Source: Candidatus Uhrbacteria bacterium
GTDB lineage: Bacteria > Patescibacteriota > Patescibacteriia > JACQRZ01
Direction: 5' to 3'
Length of the DNA stretch: 57,322 nt
NCBI GenBank assembly: GCA_016186045.1
Contig: JACPMJ010000007.1
Span: 1 to 57,322 of the forward strand
Part shown: positions 18,757 to 28,400 of the stretch, piece after piece
Layout of the letters: every line of letters begins with the position of its first letter
How positions within the stretch are numbered: the stretch's first letter is position 1
Notes under the pieces: model-generated
The model's input: the letters and a program-made list of their open reading frames with translations, nothing else
Told to the model about the DNA's origin: nothing
Databases searched by the model: none
Program-made: the position numbers and the translations under genes

Positions 18757-19913
18757 TATACCATAAGCGGATTTCCGGATTCAATGAGCTGTACATCTGT
18801 TTCGTATGATTTTGAGAATGACGTTTTCTTAAATGTCTTTTTTTTCCATTTTATTTCATACGCGCTTAGCGCGTCTCCCTCTTTTACGATCAAATCAACT
18901 TCTCCGCCAAAACGAGAACGCCAAAAATAAAGACTTCGTGTTCCGCCGCGCAAGAGATTATCTTTTGCCCATTCCGAGATCACCCAATTTTCCCATAACG
19001 CCCCGATATCGGAACGCAATGGACTCTGAGAAAATTCCTTAAGAATAGCATTTCGGACTCCCGTATCCCAAAAATAAATTTTTTTGCTTTTTGATATCTC
19101 TTTTCGCGGATTTGTGCTAAAAGCAGGCAAACAAAAAATAACATACGTTTGCTCAAGAAGCTCTATATATCGCTCTACAGTCTGTCGAGAAATACCAAGA
19201 GCTATGGATAGCTCATGTACTGAAACCTCCGATCCTATTTGATGCGCAAGAAGCATAAGTAAGCGATGTAATGAGACAGGAGTCTTTACGAGTCCAATTT
19301 GCAAAATATCTTTCAAGAGATAATCAGATGAAAGTTGAATAAGAAATGTTTCTTTTTCATGGGTTGTTATTGCTTCCGGATAGCTCCCGAAAACTATAGA
19401 TTGCATAAGAATTTCATGCACCTGACCTGAGAAATATTTCAATATATGATCATCAGTAAACGTATCGCTATACCATTCTTGAGCAGCGAGTATTTCACGG
19501 AATGCGAGCTGGGGAAGAAATAATTTTTCATTTCGCCCTGCTAAACTTTCTGCCGCTTGATTGAGAAGATTCAAACTTGAAGATCCAAGAAGAAATATTT
19601 TTACCTGGGTACTCGCGTCGTACCATCCTTTTATAATCCGAGCTGCTTCAGGAAGACGTTGTGCTTCATCCAGTACAAAAATCTTAGGGTTACCAAATAA
19701 CAGAATGGCATGAGTAGGATTTAATGAGGAGACAGAAAGAAATCGCTGGCGATCAACCTCAACATCCATATTCAGAAATATCACTTTTTCATCCTTAAAA
19801 ACGTGTTGAATAAGCGTTGTTTTGCCAACCTGCCGCGCACCTACAATAATCCCAATCTTAGATGTATGTAGCATTTTTAAGAGAATATTTTCTGCTTTTC
19901 TTTTTATAAACAT
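18753..19913 (-). CDS. AAA+ ATPase, AAA_14 + DUF4143 family
   Basis: GARQVGKTT, LDEAQ, LGSSS, GSYP, KIYFWDTGVRN, ENWV and EVD...EIK (PD-(D/E)xK-like tail). Confidence 0.9.
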   Translation of the reverse strand: MFIKRKAENILLKMLHTSKIGIIVGARQVGKTTLIQHVFKDEKVIFLNMDVEVDRQRFLSVSSLNPTHAILLFGNPKIFVLDEAQRLPEAARIIKGWYDASTQVKIFLLGSSSLNLLNQAAESLAGRNEKLFLPQLAFREILAAQEWYSDTFTDDHILKYFSGQVHEILMQSIVFGSYPEAITTHEKETFLIQLSSDYLLKDILQIGLVKTPVSLHRLLMLLAHQIGSEVSVHELSIALGISRQTVERYIELLEQTYVIFCLPAFSTNPRKEISKSKKIYFWDTGVRNAILKEFSQSPLRSDIGALWENWVISEWAKDNLLRGGTRSLYFWRSRFGGEVDLIVKEGDALSAYEIKWKKKTFKKTSFSKSYETDVQLIESGNPLMVY

Positions 19914-19997
19914 ACGATTATTCGCATTATAAATAATATTTTATATTATTAAGTATACAATATAGCCTGCTATATTGTCAAATATATTGACTAAAAG

Positions 19998-20056
19998 TAA
20001 TAAAAAAGACAAAAAAACGCTGTTTTCTGTCTGAGGATGTCAATGGGACACCCTCT
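19998..20056 (-). repeat. Repeat A copy 4 fused directly to a remnant of repeat B (collapsed module)
   Basis: taataaaaaagacaaaaaaacgctgttttctgtctg joined to aggatgtcaatgggacaccctct. Confidence 0.75.
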
Positions 20057-20097
20057 CTCCATACTATTCTCACTATATATTTAATAGACGAAACCCT

Positions 20098-21228
20098 TTA
20101 AAGAATCTTTTGTAACGATATGCACCGTATTCTTCCTATCTGCCTCAAAATATGAGGGGGTTTTCTTCTCTTTTTTACCGCGTTCCACTTGCATTCATAC
20201 AAACTCACTCGGGACCCTTGCTCTTCTATGAGATCAATCTCTGCTCCGTCATATGTCCGCCAAAAATATTGCAAAGCAGAAATTCCGTGATACGCGCGAT
20301 ACTTCATCCGTTCGGCAATAATAAAATTCTCCCAGAGTCCGCCCATGTCCGTACGCTCACCTGAAAAATTAAAATTATTTATAATCACGTTCCGAATGCC
20401 GGTATCATAAAAGTATATCTTTTTCAGTTTTGTGATTTCCCGCCGTTTATTTTTTGTATACGGAGGAAGACGAAAAATAATGTAATTTTTTTCCAGTAAA
20501 TCTATATAGCGCTCTACGGTTTTCACATCTATGCCACACGTACGAGAAAGTTCATTCATTGAGTATTCCGATCCTATTTGAAGACCGAGCGCTTTGAGGA
20601 GAGAAAAAAGCACTTGCGGATTCTTCACTTGTTGAAATTCAAAAATGTCCTTATACAGAGCGCTGGATGCCAACTCACGCAAAAGTCTCTCTTTTGAATC
20701 AAAGGATGCCTGAGATACAATCTCAGGATATGATCCGAATATCATAAGATGTTCTATTTTTTTTCGCTGTGAGATCGGATCAAGCTCGGAAAATATTTCT
20801 TCTAACGAAAGAGGATAGAGAATATGCGTGAATTTCCTTCCCGTCAACGATTCTGATGTGGCGTCAAGAAGGTTAATACTTGATGACCCCGTCACGATAA
20901 TCTGTTTTTTCTTCTTATAATAATCCACAAGTATCTTGACTGTCTGTCCGATATCAGCTACTTTCTGACCTTCATCTATAAAAACAATATCATAATCGTT
21001 TACCAATCCTTTTAAAAATAAGCTATTCTTGCCCGCAAGAAGATCCCTGTCATGCGGATCATCACAATTAAATGACAGGATCTTTTTATTCTTAATCGTT
21101 GAGGCATGAAAAATGTCTTGCATGAGCGTAGTCTTGCCTACTTGTCTCGCGCCAATGAGGATGATCACTTTTCCAAGAAAAAAATCCTTTATGATAGTAT
21201 TCCTTAGTTTTCTGCGATAGTGAGTCAT
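20098..21228 (-). CDS. AAA+ ATPase, AAA_14 + DUF4143 family (last codons probably frameshifted)
   Basis: GARQVGKTT, IDEGQ, TGSSS, KIYFYDTGIRN, EID..E...ECK. Confidence 0.9.
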   Translation of the reverse strand: MTHYRRKLRNTIIKDFFLGKVIILIGARQVGKTTLMQDIFHASTIKNKKILSFNCDDPHDRDLLAGKNSLFLKGLVNDYDIVFIDEGQKVADIGQTVKILVDYYKKKKQIIVTGSSSINLLDATSESLTGRKFTHILYPLSLEEIFSELDPISQRKKIEHLMIFGSYPEIVSQASFDSKERLLRELASSALYKDIFEFQQVKNPQVLFSLLKALGLQIGSEYSMNELSRTCGIDVKTVERYIDLLEKNYIIFRLPPYTKNKRREITKLKKIYFYDTGIRNVIINNFNFSGERTDMGGLWENFIIAERMKYRAYHGISALQYFWRTYDGAEIDLIEEQGSRVSLYECKWNAVKKRRKPPHILRQIGRIRCISLQKIL

Positions 21229-21288
21229 AAGCGTAAATTATGGATTACACTCCTTATTTTACACATATTCTTTTTCTTGTCAACCGCG

Positions 21289-21336
21289 TAATAAAAAAGA
21301 CAGAAAAACGCTGTTTTCTGTCTGGACTGGTGTCAT
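21289..21336 (-). terminator. Repeat A copy 5
   Basis: Identical over about 60 bp to copy 7, including ttgtcaaccgcg. Confidence 0.8.
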
Positions 21337-21534
21337 TTCTTCTTTGTCATTCCGAGCGGTCAGCGAGGAATCCCGACGTTAAAAACATGATACCAACGGG
21401 ATCCTTCACGGAGTTTATCCCAGATTGCGATCTGGGGTTCAGGATGACAGAAGTGAGTTTTTAGACGGTCTGAGATCCCGTTGATATAAGTAAAAAGCGT
21501 CGGGATTCTTCGAGCTTTACCCTCAGAATGACAA

Positions 21535-22623
21535 TTACGGAACGAGCGCCTCCTCGCTGATGCGGTAGAGTAAGAAGCCAGTATTCCTCGCGAGTATGTA
21601 GAACTTATGATCTGTCCGTGAGTACACAAAGTTGTGCACCACCTGTACATACGAAGATTTCGTGAAGTATGCGGCAACGCTTTTGCCCACTATCTCTTTT
21701 GCGCCGCTCTCACTGACGCGGAAGATAGTCGTACTTGTTCCTATATCATCCCTGCCAATGAAGTATGCGATTGCACCGGTGAACGCTGTCCGCTCTCGCA
21801 CCACAGAAAGCGCACGATCATCCTCGCATTCCGGAGTATTGCACGATCCTTCCCATGGAAGAATTCTAGCATAAAGACTGGAGAGCAGCACATCTCTGCC
21901 GAAAAAATCTCCGCTCGCGACATCCGAAAGCACGAGGGGCCCCGTATTCTTTGGCCAGACCGCGGTGTCGAAGCTGACCTTCTTACTAGCACGGTCCACG
22001 CTCTTCACCACCCATGGCGCCATGGAGACACTCGCGGCTTCACTCAATTTTGAGAAGGTGAAGTCCTCTCTCTCATAGAGGTAGCCTATTTTCCCGGGAT
22101 CTGAAGAGTTTGGTCCCCAAATGCCTTTTCCTGACATTGCGACGTATTCAAATTCGTCCTCGACGGTTGTCTTCTTAAAGACCGCATAATTGGGGTCATT
22201 GCCTGAACGAGATATATTCATATCACAGGCAGGACAGAGAACAGGAATAGAATTAGTAGGAATCGATACCTGAATATACATATCCCCTGATGCGGAGCTC
22301 GCAATGCCGAAGACCCTAAATTGTGAATATCCATAATTCACAGGAGAAGCGCCGAAAGTTCCGTTATCTATTAGTTCGATTTCGGGCGGCGCGGGCTGAT
22401 CTGGCCAGAATTTCAACTTGAGAATCGATTTCGGAAGCGGAGTGGGTACTGGCGTGGGAGTTGGCTTGGGGGTGGGAGTAGGCGACGGGGTCGGAGATTG
22501 CACCGCCGTTGGCGCGGAAGTTGCGGTTTGCGCGGTGGTGTCCGCTTTTTGCGTTTGTTGCGGCACCGATGCCACACAACCGGCGATGGCGACGAGCGCG
22601 AGAGGGAGGCTCTTCTTGAACAT
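21535..22623 (-). CDS. Putative lipoprotein with Pro-Thr stalk (paralogue of 16455-17558)
   Basis: Same signal peptide/lipobox (IAGC) and C-terminus LYRISEEALVP, with a divergent middle. Confidence 0.8.
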   Translation of the reverse strand: MFKKSLPLALVAIAGCVASVPQQTQKADTTAQTATSAPTAVQSPTPSPTPTPKPTPTPVPTPLPKSILKLKFWPDQPAPPEIELIDNGTFGASPVNYGYSQFRVFGIASSASGDMYIQVSIPTNSIPVLCPACDMNISRSGNDPNYAVFKKTTVEDEFEYVAMSGKGIWGPNSSDPGKIGYLYEREDFTFSKLSEAASVSMAPWVVKSVDRASKKVSFDTAVWPKNTGPLVLSDVASGDFFGRDVLLSSLYARILPWEGSCNTPECEDDRALSVVRERTAFTGAIAYFIGRDDIGTSTTIFRVSESGAKEIVGKSVAAYFTKSSYVQVVHNFVYSRTDHKFYILARNTGFLLYRISEEALVP

Positions 22624-22695
22624 GATGGGGTACCTTTCCTTTCTTTTCTGATGATTGTCATTCCAGACTCGATCTGGAATCCAGTAATTTATAGC

Positions 22696-22767
22696 CTTTT
22701 TGTGAAGGTACGGACTTATAAAAAGAATCCTACAGCTAAAAAGAGAGGGTGTCAATGGGATGCCCTC
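22696..22767 (-). promoter_or_regulatory. Repeat B copy 5: TTGACA-N17-TAGGAT plus GTACCTTCACAA
   Basis: -35 at 22750-22755, -10 at 22727-22732. Nearly identical to copy 2. Confidence 0.8.
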
Positions 22768-22794
22768 GCAACACTCCCTCAATACACACTTCAT

Positions 22795-23217
22795 CTATTT
22801 TTTCAGTTGCCGAAAAATAAATACGATATATTTTGTAAAATCTTTCACATTTGAGCGGAGAAGCGAAAGGAAGAGATGGGTGTCTACACTCTCATATCGG
22901 TGCACTATGCGATTTCGCAAACCAACAATCGGCGCCATTTTCTCCGCAAAATTTTTAGGCAGTATGCCGCGCTCCGCAAGCGTAAAAAATGTGCTTTGAT
23001 AATCTTCAGAGATAGGAAGATTTAGTTCCCGGATAAAATACGTATTGATGTCAATAATAGTATCAACAATAAGCTGAAGAAGCCTTTCCGCAATATGCAA
23101 TTTCCCTGAATCAGATTTGATCTGCTTATCTGAACACGCCAAAAGATCTTCCAATTCTTTGAGGTATTTGTCAATTTCAGTAAGTTTTTTTGTGACAAAC
23201 GCTTTTTCAAACCCCAT
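22795..23217 (-). CDS. hepT: HEPN (DUF86/HepT) RNase toxin, type VII TA
   Basis: RNRIVHRY fits the RX4HXY motif; ERLLQ motif also present. Overlaps the MNT gene. Confidence 0.85.
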   Translation of the reverse strand: MGFEKAFVTKKLTEIDKYLKELEDLLACSDKQIKSDSGKLHIAERLLQLIVDTIIDINTYFIRELNLPISEDYQSTFFTLAERGILPKNFAEKMAPIVGLRNRIVHRYESVDTHLFLSLLRSNVKDFTKYIVFIFRQLKK

Positions 23218-23605
23218 ATTTTTTTGTTAAACGCAAGTGTTGATCCCGATAGAGCGGCGCCGCTTCAACGAATTGCTTAAACGCATATCCACGCATATGC
23301 GCAAAAATAAATTTTTGAGCTTCATACAATACTTTTCCGTCTTTAAAAATCGCATACAGTAACAACGGCGATGTTTTCTTGAGATTCACAATGTCAATGG
23401 CATCATTTGCAAAAAACAACGAGAGATCATATGCCAGCGCGGTTTCTTGCGCAAGAGAAAGTGTTTTCTTTGATTGAAATGCAATATCAATATCGCTCGA
23501 TGGCAGCGCCTTCCCTGTTGCGCGTGAACCAAAAAGCACAAGCAAGCTCAGCGAATACTTCCTTGCAATTTCGGTGATAGTTTTTTTCTTCGATATTTTT
23601 TTCAT
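23207..23605 (-). CDS. mntA: Minimal nucleotidyltransferase antitoxin, type VII TA
   Basis: LFGS-X10-DID motif. Start at MKKISKK after SD gaaggag. Confidence 0.85.
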   Translation of the reverse strand: MKKISKKKTITEIARKYSLSLLVLFGSRATGKALPSSDIDIAFQSKKTLSLAQETALAYDLSLFFANDAIDIVNLKKTSPLLLYAIFKDGKVLYEAQKFIFAHMRGYAFKQFVEAAPLYRDQHLRLTKKYGV

Positions 23606-23673
23606 ATATTTTTCTCCTTCTATCATATCATGAACACCTATCATCGGCAACCATGTCAAAATAATAAACCACG

Positions 23674-23721
23674 TAATAAAAAAGACAGAAAAACGCTGTT
23701 TTCTGTCTGGACTGGTGTCAT
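23674..23721 (-). terminator. Repeat A copy 6
   Basis: Same hairpin and T-run as the other copies. Confidence 0.8.
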
Positions 23722-23841
23722 CCCGAGTCCCTCGGGAATACTCGGGATAAACTCCGTGGAGGGATCCCGAAGCTATACTGTTTTAGCGTCGGGATTGCCA
23801 CGGTCGCTATCGCTTCCTCGCAATGACAGAAACAAGGACTA

Positions 23842-23897
23842 ACTTATAAAAAGAATCCATCACACAAAAAGAGAGGATGTCAAGTGGACACCCTCTT
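23842..23897 (-). promoter_or_regulatory. Repeat B copy 6 (degenerate -10 ATGGAT; GTACCTT motif lost)
   Basis: acttataaaaagaatccatcacacaaaaagagaggatgtcaagtggacaccctc. Confidence 0.7.
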
Positions 23898-23898
23898 C

Positions 23899-25134
23899 TT
23901 ACTTCAGTAAGAAAGGCACAAAATACAATGGATATGCTTTCACTTCTGAAGATATTCTTGGACTATCTTGCCAATATACTCCGAAACATGACGATTGAGG
24001 ATGTAATTTTTGAAATAAGGAAAAATCATAGCGATGCGAGCTCTTTTTCTTAATTTCAACGGCAATCAACCTCTCTTGGAACTGCATGACAAAATCTATT
24101 TCTCTCCCAGTTTTTGTCCGCCAAAATTGAGGTTTAATTTCCCGCTTTATACATTCTTGAAACAACGCGTTCTCCAAAAGCGCTCCATTATCGCCTCGCG
24201 CGTCCAATGAACGAAAATCATTTACCACGCTATTTCTTAATCCGGTATCAAAAAAGTACATTTTGGGATTTTTAACAAGCTCTTTACGCTTATTTGTAAA
24301 ATAGGGCCGAACAAAAGAACAGATGAATGTTTTTTCTAAAAAATTTAATTGCTTTTTAAGCGTTATATATGAATATTCCGAGATAGTACATAATTCCGTG
24401 TAGTCAATCAAATTCCCAATCTGCAATCCAAGCGCCTTGATGAGTTTTTCAAATTTATAATCGTCAATAAGTCCGAGTAGATCCCGTACATCCCGTAAAA
24501 AATATGTACTATAGATATTCTTGAGAACTTCACGTTTTTCATCTAATGACTCTGACGCGAGAACGCGCGGATAACCGCCAAATAACGTATATTCCTCAAA
24601 TAATTTTGAAAAGGTGTATTGTATCTCGTCTGATAGTGAAAGAAGCTTCATTTGCGAAACGCGACGACCATACGAAAGATATGTTTCAGAAAGATGCGGC
24701 GCTTTCCACGTAAGAAACTCTTCAAAATCAAATGGATATAAATTAAAAATAAAAATACGTCCGACGAGATATTTCACCGCTTGCACCGTAAGATCAATAC
24801 TTGATGATCCTGTAACAATAATTTTAAACTGATACTGGTCGTATATATATTTTAATTTTTTTCCCCCTTCGCTCGCATACTGAAATTCATCAATAAAAAG
24901 ATACTTTGATTTTCCATAGATACTGGCAAAATTTTTGATATCTCTTTCAAAAAGGGAGAGCGTATCTCTGTCTTCAAAACTGATCATTTGCGCGGATGAT
25001 AATCTTTTAGCAAGCTCTTTTATAAGCGTCGTTTTACCGCATTGCCGCGGACCAATAATTGCCAAAATCTCAGGAGCTTCCAAATATCGTAAAATAGTGT
25101 TCTCTAATTTCCTTTTAATATACATATAAAACAA
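23899..25134 (-). CDS. AAA+ ATPase, AAA_14 + DUF4143 family
   Basis: GPRQCGKTT, IDEFQ, TGSSS, GGYP, PKMYFFDTGLRN, EIDF...VEIK. Confidence 0.9.
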   Translation of the reverse strand: MFYMYIKRKLENTILRYLEAPEILAIIGPRQCGKTTLIKELAKRLSSAQMISFEDRDTLSLFERDIKNFASIYGKSKYLFIDEFQYASEGGKKLKYIYDQYQFKIIVTGSSSIDLTVQAVKYLVGRIFIFNLYPFDFEEFLTWKAPHLSETYLSYGRRVSQMKLLSLSDEIQYTFSKLFEEYTLFGGYPRVLASESLDEKREVLKNIYSTYFLRDVRDLLGLIDDYKFEKLIKALGLQIGNLIDYTELCTISEYSYITLKKQLNFLEKTFICSFVRPYFTNKRKELVKNPKMYFFDTGLRNSVVNDFRSLDARGDNGALLENALFQECIKREIKPQFWRTKTGREIDFVMQFQERLIAVEIKKKSSHRYDFSLFQKLHPQSSCFGVYWQDSPRISSEVKAYPLYFVPFLLK

Positions 25135-25198
25135 TATATCTTACTAAAATTATAGTACTCTATAAGAGTAGTATATATTTATATTTTTGTCAACCGCG

Positions 25199-25246
25199 TA
25201 ATAAAAAAGACAGAAAAACGCTGTTTTCTGTCTGGACTGGTGTCAT
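25199..25246 (-). terminator. Repeat A copy 7
   Basis: Same hairpin and T-run as the other copies. Confidence 0.8.
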
Positions 25247-25375
25247 CCCAAGCGGAACAATGTCATCCCGAGTCCCTCGGGAATACTCGGGATAAACTCC
25301 GTCGAGGGATCCCGATGTTTTCTACTTATAAATACGGGATTCCTCGTTTCACTCGGAATGACAAAATGAGGGAAA

Positions 25376-25449
25376 TTGTGAAGGTACGAACTTATAAAAA
25401 GAATCCACCACACAAAAAAAGACCGTGTCAAGAGAGACGACGGTCTTTT
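25376..25449 (-). promoter_or_regulatory. Repeat B copy 7 (terminator of the giant gene; degenerate -10 GTGGAT)
   Basis: Hairpin aaaagaccgtgtc/gacgacggtctttt containing TTGACA; gtaccttcacaa retained. Confidence 0.7.
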
Positions 25450-25475
25450 CTAAACCACTTTCCTTTTTCACCTTC

Positions 25476-28400
25476 CTAATGCAATGGAGTATCGCTACTG
25501 CTAAACTCTCCGGGCTGTTTTGTATCTATGGGAAGCTTAAGCGTCTTGCATATCTTTGTCTTCCGACTCCAGTTGTCCATGGCCTCTATGCACACCCTAT
25601 TGCCATCAATCTTACTGTTTCTAAACGTATAACTGTTGAGGGCGAATTTAGGGTTTTTACAAGGAGTCTCCGACGGCTCCGACGACGTACATGGCGGCTG
25701 ATCCTTGTACCCATCTCCTTCATCTTTTACAGGAAGTATGGGAAAGACATTATACGAATCTTCGGGATTCACATCGCTTGAGGATAATGTCACATACCGC
25801 AAAGGAAGCTGATCATTGTCCACGTCAACATAAAATTCTATCTTTACGATCGGCGCGCTCGCGGCTCCGATCTTTATCCAGCTGAAGCTGTCTGCGGCTC
25901 CTTCTTTGTTGTAGATGCCCGGATAGCGTACCGGCCAAGCGGCGTCATTAAACCAGCGCGGCGCTGTTTTTCCCTCTGTTGCTCTGAACCTGCCGCTTGA
26001 GCCAGGCACGCCGCTTGATGACGCATCTTCATATACCTTCGCAAACGGGATGGGATGAGACGCGTAATCAAAATCATCCGCGTTAAAGTTGGATACTGTT
26101 GTGCCGGGAGCGAGAGTATTCAAAATACTCTTATCAAAATCTGAAAGAAAGAGGTTATATGTGGCATTCGTGTCATCCCACAACGGCGGCGGAGTAATCT
26201 TGCTATTATACACATCCAATGAAATCCTCCAGCCATTTGTGGCATCTCCTATGAATTTCGGTTGGCCTGAATACGGACTATTGTCGCTTGTTCGCGCCTC
26301 TAAAACATCTGTAAAATCTTTTATGGGGCTGTTAGCTGTTTTCAGCGCGACAAGAATCGCTTCTCGTTCCCTATCCGGACGGGTGTTTATGACAGCATTA
26401 TAGTTTGTATTACTGCCACTCGTATATTCTGACCACTTACTCCAATCCCAGTTAAATTTCTTCGTATCAAGCTTAAAATCTGCAACCGGAGCGCTTGGGA
26501 GCGAAAAATCAGATACGGGATCAGATGTGATTTCCGCGTTTTTGTTATACAACTTTGGTCTACTCTTGTAATATTGCTCCAATGTCTGCCTTTCACCGGT
26601 CTCATCCTCTGAATGATTTTTCGTTCCATTTGGATCTCTAGCTGCCGCCCGTTCATTGATGGTAAAGCCAAACCGATCTGCACCACTGCCCTTTGAGCCG
26701 TACCACCGCCATTGCGATATGGTGCGTTTCAGGATGATGGGCCCGGTGGACGTGGCACCTGCTTGCATCGTGGTAAGCTGTTTTCCCTTGGCTCCGCCCC
26801 AGTCAGGTTTCTCTACGTTTTTTACGATTGAATAAAACGGCACTGATTTTTTTTCTTGTGCCACGCGCACCACGCGCGCGCAATACACATCCCGATAGGT
26901 CGCCTTTGCGGTGATGTTATATCCGCCTTTTCCCAAAAGTCTGCCTCTTTGGGGGATAGGTATTGACACGCCTTGATTAGTCGCTTCCTCATTTTCTATT
27001 TCTGATTTTGGCGTCAAATTGCAAGAGGGTCCACCCATGTTCGCTCCATTATATTCAAGTACTTCCGTATAGTTTTTCGCGCAGTTGTTTACAAATCTAC
27101 CTTCTGTAGCATCCCAATGCCATTCTGTCTCCACGGTGCCTTTACGCGTGATGGTGGATGGGGGAATAACATCTCCGCCATAGGAATTATACCCAATCGT
27201 GTCCTCTCTCTCTTGGGGATCAGCGTATGCGGATGTGCCATCGGCACGATATCCTCCGGCAGTAGTACTGTATACTTCAACGAGTCTTCCCGTTATCTTG
27301 CCATTATTCGGATCTATTCCTAGGCCTACTAAGCCCTGAGGAGTACCCCCTTTTGTAGAAAAATCTCCTTGATAAAACTCTACCCTTGCGATTGGCACTA
27401 TTTCCCATTTACCGGTGGTTGCATTTTTAACAATTTTCTTTTCCACAGTAGTCACTCTGTCCTTTCTCATCACCGTCTCTTCCGCTTGCATCTTTGTATC
27501 TGCACACGGGTTGGAGGTGCAGGTTTCCACCTTATATCCCGTTTGACTAGAACCAGTTGCCCAGTCGCTCTGGTCTATATCGCCATCTTTATTACTATAC
27601 TCTCTATCGCCATACGACCCCGGTCCTCCGGTTCGAACTTTATCTACTCGATGCGTATTTTTTTCTCCGCAGGTAACCGTGCTTCGTGTTTTACACTCAT
27701 TCCATGTTTGCCCATGACACTCAACAGTTCTTTCACAAACTCTACTGGATCCCACCCAATAATCTTGAAAATGGTAGAAGTCTTGACACGTTCTTTCGGC
27801 ATTAGTTGTGGCATCATCTGGACACTTATACTCTCCTCCTGAGGAATTCTCTCCTGGATTTCCATCACACTCGTCCTTTGGGGGGTCGTTCCCACCAATT
27901 TGACCACCTGTTTTACCAGTACCGCATGCTCCTTCCTCTGCTTTATGAGTAAAAGTATTGGGACCATAGAAGTCCGCAACCGCGGCGTCCCATCCTCCTA
28001 CACAAGGATAAGAGTCTTTGCACTCATAAGGCGTTGTCGTAAAAACCCTTCTCCATGGCTGTTCTTGAGGTATATTAGAAGTACGCCAGTCTTCACTTAT
28101 ACCCGGAACTCCACTCATAGCAGTCACCGGGCTCGGATCGTATGTTGTGACTTTCTTTTTTGCAGGCAATTCCACATACCTTTGCGTACCATTCGCGCAT
28201 TTACCGTCTCCATCATTAGTTGGTCCGGCTCCTCCAAATGCTTTATCCTTAGCCTCATCACACGTCTCCACAATGCGCGCTATGACATCTGTTGTTGGGG
28301 CGAGTACGTTTCTTGCTGGGTAGTCGCTTGGATGCGTTGGGACTCCATCCTTTGTTGTAAGATCTCCCGTGTATGTTTTAGGGTATCCTGAAACATTTGT

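Larger units (their letters stand above)
13361..25449 (-). other. Array of seven repeat-bounded expression modules (repeat B ... repeat A) alternating with ATPase, TA and coiled-coil genes
   Basis: Seven copies of repeat A and seven of repeat B (one a remnant) in strict alternation. See findings. Confidence 0.8.

Noticed and set aside
16455-22623. DGR template/variable repeat pair in the lipoprotein 3' ends
   Set aside because: No reverse transcriptase in the window. The differences include indels and non-adenine changes, and both copies are full genes.
13361-25449. Classical integron or CRISPR
   Set aside because: No intI and no consistent RYYYAAC/GTTRRRY attC cores. The repeats read as promoters and terminators and are spaced by whole genes.
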